A stretch of DNA of 53,523 bases from Pelomyxa schiedti (lineage: Eukaryota > Protista > Evosea). Both the position numbers and the translations under genes were made by a program. Shown piece by piece: positions 48,133-53,523 of this stretch (within the stretch, counting starts at the first letter, position 1; each line of letters starts with the position of its first letter). The notes beneath the pieces were generated by a model. It had not been told where the DNA came from and ran no database searches. It saw nothing but the letters and a program-made list of their open reading frames with translations. The stretch is taken from assembly GCA_020536535.1 (NCBI GenBank), contig JAHLWZ010000901.1:1-53523 (forward strand). Direction: 5' to 3'.

Positions 48133-51100
48133 TTACATATTTGTATTCACACTGTTGGAGGTGTGGGAAACCTGTTGTAGAGGGGGTAATTCAAGTGCCC
48201 TCCTTAGCTTGTCAACTACACCAAGGGGTAGTCCAATGACAGTCCAAGTGTAGTCTGAAGCCAAGCGGAGGTCACCTACACAGTCAATAGCATTACTGCT
48301 GAGAAGTGACTCCCAGTTGGATATCTGCTTATGTTGGCTGGTGTTGAGGGCTTTCTGTGGTGGTGTAGTGGCACTGGATGGACCCGGCTTGGTAACAACC
48401 AGCTGGAGAAGTGTGATGATTGGGGTTTCATCAGGAAGTGAAGAAGCCCTTTGTGTTTGTGTTTGTGACTGTACCCCCCGGGGGGAAATGGGAGGAGAGG
48501 GAGTGACAAACAGGGCCGAGGAAGCTGATGTGGATGTGTGTGCGGACAATGGTGGTGATGGTGATACTGTCGTTACGGCGGTTTGGTTTGTTGCCGTTGT
48601 GGTGGTGCAGGAAGTGGAAGAAAGGGCGGCAGTTGACGTGGAACCTGAATGAAAGAATACGACATTAATGAGTTTGTGGCAGTAAGAAGTGTGGGTACCT
48701 TCTGACTGATCGATTTGGAGACGTGGGATGACAGTAGGGGAACCTTATTACCCAGGGGTTAAGGCAAACTGCAAAGGGTTTTTAAATACTTACCAAGATT
48801 TGATAAGGTGTGTACTATAACCCGGAAAGGTGGTCTATTGGTAGGGTCCTGTGACCAGCACTGGCAGATGAGATCTCTTTGCCATTGTGGGGTATGTGGT
48901 GGAATATCAGGACGTTGTTCACTATATTCATTAAAGGGGAAAAAAAGATCGGAGCTCAACTTAGAGAGAAACTTCAATATATCCAACTGAGCGAAACTCT
49001 TCCAAACAATAGCTCTTGTACTCATTTCTAACAGTATCATCGCTTGGATGGTTTTTGTTTTGGTTAGTTCTAGTCAAATCGGGTGATTTGGACCTACCAT
49101 ATGAAAAAACATCGATGAGGTGAGTGTAGTGATCAGCACCCAATTCTGGTGCCGAATATCTTTCAGTAATAAGGTGTTTTTCTCCCTTAAAATAAATACC
49201 CAATTGTCCCAAGCATAGCTGTTTTTTTGTCAGCAGAGCCTAGACCTCTGGCAATTCCAAAATCGCCTAAAAGATGGGGCTTAGATGACCAAAGCCAAAA
49301 GCGCAAGTGGCGGACATATTTTAATGGAACCGGAGTTCCAATTTTGAACTAGTACATTGGCAGGCTAGCAGTTGGGTCAATTCAAAAAAGAGAATGTTCT
49401 GCATGATTTGTACCTTTAAATCTCTGGGCGAGTACAAAAATTAAACAGAGAATAATATGTTTGCCTACCTATGAATCACATCCAATTCATCATGCAAATA
49501 GGCCATACCCATTGCTATCTGGGGTCAACTAGTAAGTTTCATTGAATGCGTTTCTTGAACGAGCACACATTCCGAGCAAGACAGATGGTGTGAGGAATGG
49601 TCAAACTGAAATTTAGATCGTAGAGATATCTTGTCAGATCACCACCATCAATGAATTCCGTCACCATGTAAAGTCCATTATTTTTCTGTTGTTGGTTTCA
49701 AAAGAATTTGATTGACATAGTACCTTGAAAAATCCGTAAAACGCTAAAATATGATCGTTTTTTGCCTTGAACAGTATCTCCATCTCTTGCATGAACAATA
49801 ATTTGTCCTCTTCTGATGAATAACGCAATAGCTTGACAGCAAAAAAAACAGATGGTCCAACCGGCTTGCATATTGCCTTAAAAACAGTTCCATAGCCACC
49901 TTGACACCGGTTAGATTCCTTTGTTCTGCTGAAACGGTTCTACCTTCAATGGCACTCTTGGGGTTAGATTTTTAAAAAGGTTAGATATGAATGCGTTAGT
50001 AGGAATATTTTCAAATAGATAGGAGGTACCCCGGTATTCACTAATTCGAAGTCACTACTTTGCCACATTCTCGAGTGAGTATGCAAGTGTTTTTCTATAG
50101 CTAGACGTGCTTGTATTGTTTGAGCATATTCCAGTGCTTGTTGTATTGCCAGTAATTTTGCTTCTGGACCACTTATTGTATAGGTTTTAGCTTGTTTGGT
50201 AGAAACACATAAACATTTGCCGGTGTTGTCTCTGAAGAAGATAACTAAAGTAGCTTGTGGAACAAATGAATTTACATGGATACAATATCCTGATTCTGAA
50301 ATATAGCTAAAGACTCTTCATTCCTCTTTATCTCAGTCTCTCCAGCTTTTACAAGAACGTTGCAAGCTGATTTTGAAAGAAGTTTGCCGGGGAGCAGTAC
50401 AGACATATTTGCTGCACTATCAATTACTTCTGTTGGATTTATTGGAAATGAAGAATTGACGTAGATAAGCGAACCTCTTTCTGGAGAAGCTGCTCTCTCT
50501 GGTTGCTCTTTTGAGGGCATAATAGTTGCTAAGGTTTTTTAAACAAAAAGATGTAAAGAAAGTTAGACATGCAAAGCGTACTATTGTCTCTGAAATATGG
50601 CTGCAGATCTAGGCATACTCAGTCAAAAAAGAGCACAAGGGGAATACCTTCCACATTCCAATGCCTAATTACTGAAGAAGCACCAGTAAACAGATCATTC
50701 CCAGTAGGGCCGAACTCACAACAGGTTGCTGCGCCATCTGGGCACTGTACATGTATCAATGGCTCTGCAGGAGAGCGACAATCCCATAACAGTATGCCAC
50801 CGTCCTGGCAAACGGAAGCAATTCTCATACTGTCAGACGGAGAGGGCACACAACAATTTACATCTTTTGTGTGATGAAGTACTAATGAGGGCCCTGATGC
50901 TTCCCCTTCAAGACGCACATCCCATAAGCCTACACTGCTTTCCGCTGCATAGGCTGCCGCAATTAGGTTGCCACTGACTCCACAAAATCGGCACCACAAT
51001 GCTGAGTGGATGTCAGATGAACCAAGCAGAGAGGGAGTCGTTGTTGTAAAAAGAACAGAGCACCTCTCCACGTCCCATAATACTATTCCTGCCATCGAAC

Positions 51101-52146
51101 AAGCAGAGGCCAGACGTGAATTAGATGATGAATCACAAGCCACAACCGGAAAGACAGAATTCGTGGAAGAAGGGGTTTTCAGGCAGCACAAGTGCCCTGC
51201 CCGGGGCAATCGATCAGATATACTCCAAACCCAGATAGACCCGCTCTGACATCCCGTGGCTAGCAGTTGGGGTTCAAAAGAGCGTGAAGGTGGAAAGAAG
51301 GTGCAAGTGTGAATCCATTCACATGAAGAGTCATGGTCTAGAGTGCATAACGTTGGAAAAGTGAGGGTACTTCTCTCTGCTGAAATTGAGGTAGTGAGTC
51401 TTTTAATTTGGGCAATGCATCACTACGCCACATACATGTGGGTGCGGAATGCACAGAAACTACAGGAACTTTGGAATACTGTATCCCTGGCCCACAGGCC
51501 AGCAGTGAGCCATCATGTGAAAAACTCACACAAGTAACACGTCCAGCTTTTACTTGTTTTGGAGACTGCACAATGGTTGAAGTTGTGCGCCTGAAAACAA
51601 TAGCATTGGCATAGGGAAAAAGACCACAAACAACAAACAATTACACAGGTTGAGGTTACTCCAGTTAGAATTGTTTATTGGAAATATCCCATAGTTTACA
51701 TTGAGGTACAAAAAAAGAAACAATACAAACGGAATGTGTGCACACGTGGGTCCAACGTTTGTAAGTGCCACTCCACATGCCTCGATAGTGCACGACATCA
51801 ATTCATCCTCAGACAGCGCGCATCCCACAAGTGCGCATCGCTGTCCCCGACGCTGCGGATTAAGACTGGTTCCGGGGTGTGGGGCGGTGGTTGCCTCTGG
51901 AGCCTCAGGAGCTGCGTCCGACACACTGAGGACGGCAGAATCCGTGGAGACCGACAGCGGCGAAGGGGGAGGCGATTGTGCAATGATGGGACTGGCGGGT
52001 GCGGGTGATGCCGAGAAGCCAAAGACAGGGGAGACTGCCAACTGACGAACACACAAGCCAACCGATAAAGACGTTGTAGACGACGTCACTGCTTGCAGGG
52101 AGCCAAGTCTATCGTGGGCATCACCCCTGGACGGCGTGGTGCCCAT
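48133..52146 (-). CDS. WD40-repeat + TKL-group protein kinase
   Basis: WD40: LLATGCQSGSIWVW, HTKDVNCC...IASVCQDGGILLWD. Joined in frame via short exons (E/DLQPYFRDN/TTIMPSK) to a kinase with GGYGTVF, AVK, H/RDLK/PAN, KI/CDFG, YSAPE, DVFSY, CWSQDPTNRP. Confidence 0.85.
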
Positions 52147-52211
52147 CACCCTTTTTCTCTGAAATCAATAGGATCAATTCGTTTCGGAAACAAAGGCAAT
52201 GAAAACAAAAA

Positions 52212-53119
52212 ATGAAACGAGTGAAAAGAAAACCTGTTGTTGAGGACGACCTGGTCGAAGAACTGGATAGTAAACATTTGTGAATTTCATACTGCCTGTT
52301 TGTTGTTTCCAACAAATACAAAACCCATCTTTTTAAAAAGATGTTGTTGATGCACTAAAGAGGGTGTCATTGGTCACTGAACCACCTGCTGTTGAATCAA
52401 AAGACACACCCACCACTGCAGTTGATGAGAGTGCCAAAACAACAGATAGTAGCAGCAGTACCAACAGCAGTGAGGGTGGTACTCCTGAATTGACGGCAAA
52501 CAAAGAGGGCAAAAAGGGTGTCAAAAAGGGTGGTGGAGTGAGGTTCCGTGCCGATGAAGAAGTTCACGTCTACGATCAGCATGATCCCCCCTCGTTTGGC
52601 ATTCATGATGTGGCTAGTGCCCCCGAGGTATATATTTCTGTAACTCAACACCCAAACAATTCTAAAATTGACAAGCCGGAACAAGTGTTCAATCCACAAC
52701 CAAGGGTTCCCTTTGTGGAAGCCCCTTTGAAAGTTGAGAAAAGTGCTGAAGTACAGCAGAGCTTCCATCTGAGCAGGTAGGAATTTCTCGGGAGGCATTA
52801 CATTTCTAGTTTGTGATTTATCAAAGCATTCAAGGCAAAGTGCGGGCTACATTTGACACAGATACCATGACTGTGGCTGAACTCAAGGAAGCACTTTCCA
52901 TGCGAGGTCTGCCAACAACAGGAAAGAAGCCTGAGTTGAAGGTAGTGCAACACACTTTAAAAATCCTGTGTGTTTTCTAATACTATATCAACACAGCAAC
53001 GTCTGGAGGATGACATTGTCAAAGAGTCAAAATCCCGCAAGTCCAAGAAAGGCTCCAAAACAAAAGGCAAGGCAAAAAAGACCTCAGAGGATGAAGTACC
53101 AGATTGGCTGCACTGGTAA
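52212..53119 (+). CDS. SAP-domain protein (3' end may extend to ~53173)
   Basis: TMTVAELKEALSMRGLPTTGKKPELK/QRLE is a canonical SAP motif; basic N- and C-termini. Confidence 0.8.
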
Positions 53120-53523
53120 CAACAAGCTGTTGCCCAGTTAACTGAAATTGAAGAAGTATCTAGACTGGGTTGAGTGAGGTCTCAGATCTGCAAGCCAAAC
53201 GGAAAAAAAGTGATAGAACATGTCTTTCTGAGTTTTGTGGAAGGGATCGACAACAAAAGTCATCCCTAAAGATGTGACACATTGACTTTAGCCGCGTCTT
53301 ATGTGGTAGCCTCTGGAATCAAGAAAGGATACCACTGTAACAGTCGGCAGAAAAAAAGCATGAGTAAATAATTCAATTTTCTGGTTACAACGGGGGGGAA
53401 ATTGACAGTACGCCAATCTGGTGTCAATTTTTTTTTCCTTTTTGTGGAATTATTTTTTTTCATTGAGGCACACTTCCTAACTGGAGTCTCCGCCGTTGTT
53501 GTGTTTGGTGAGAATGTGCCGGT

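Overview
Gene-dense eukaryotic (protist) genomic DNA read in the standard code; TAA, TAG and TGA all end genes. Genes are split by many short spliceosomal introns, mostly about 40-80 nt, so the six-frame ORF track shows only exon fragments and I joined exons by hand. The overall style (TKL kinase, RGS, Sel1, cathepsin Z, bacterial-type genes with introns) would fit an amoebozoan such as an archamoeba, but that is inference only. The first ~5.1 kb is a rearranged zone. It holds four copies of a ~170-bp repeat arranged as foldbacks, a template-switch-type inverted triplication, a frameshifted ankyrin-like gene and a decayed Rab4 gene. About 20 genes follow: Sel1-repeat, CH+RGS, a secreted protein, cathepsin Z-like, RBMX2, long-chain acyl-CoA synthetase, C2+LURP1, F-box-like, a 1-PFK/LacC-type PfkB kinase, DUF4139-like, a secreted Cys/Trp-rich protein, a phage-type macrodomain, Est1/SMG7-like, two coiled-coil proteins, a Q-rich protein, ERCC6/RAD26, a WD40+TKL kinase and a SAP protein. 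The most notable signals are: (i) three GC-AG introns with non-consensus donors, plus degenerate GT donors, AAG acceptors and 7-13-nt microexons; (ii) a foldback repeat family with an RSS-like end motif whose CACAATTCGG core recurs in a perfect 56-bp inverted repeat at 28.2-28.8 kb; (iii) a cluster of intron-containing genes from prokaryote/phage-type families. I recognised no rRNA, tRNA or CRISPR. Exon boundaries and gene ends are manual and approximate.
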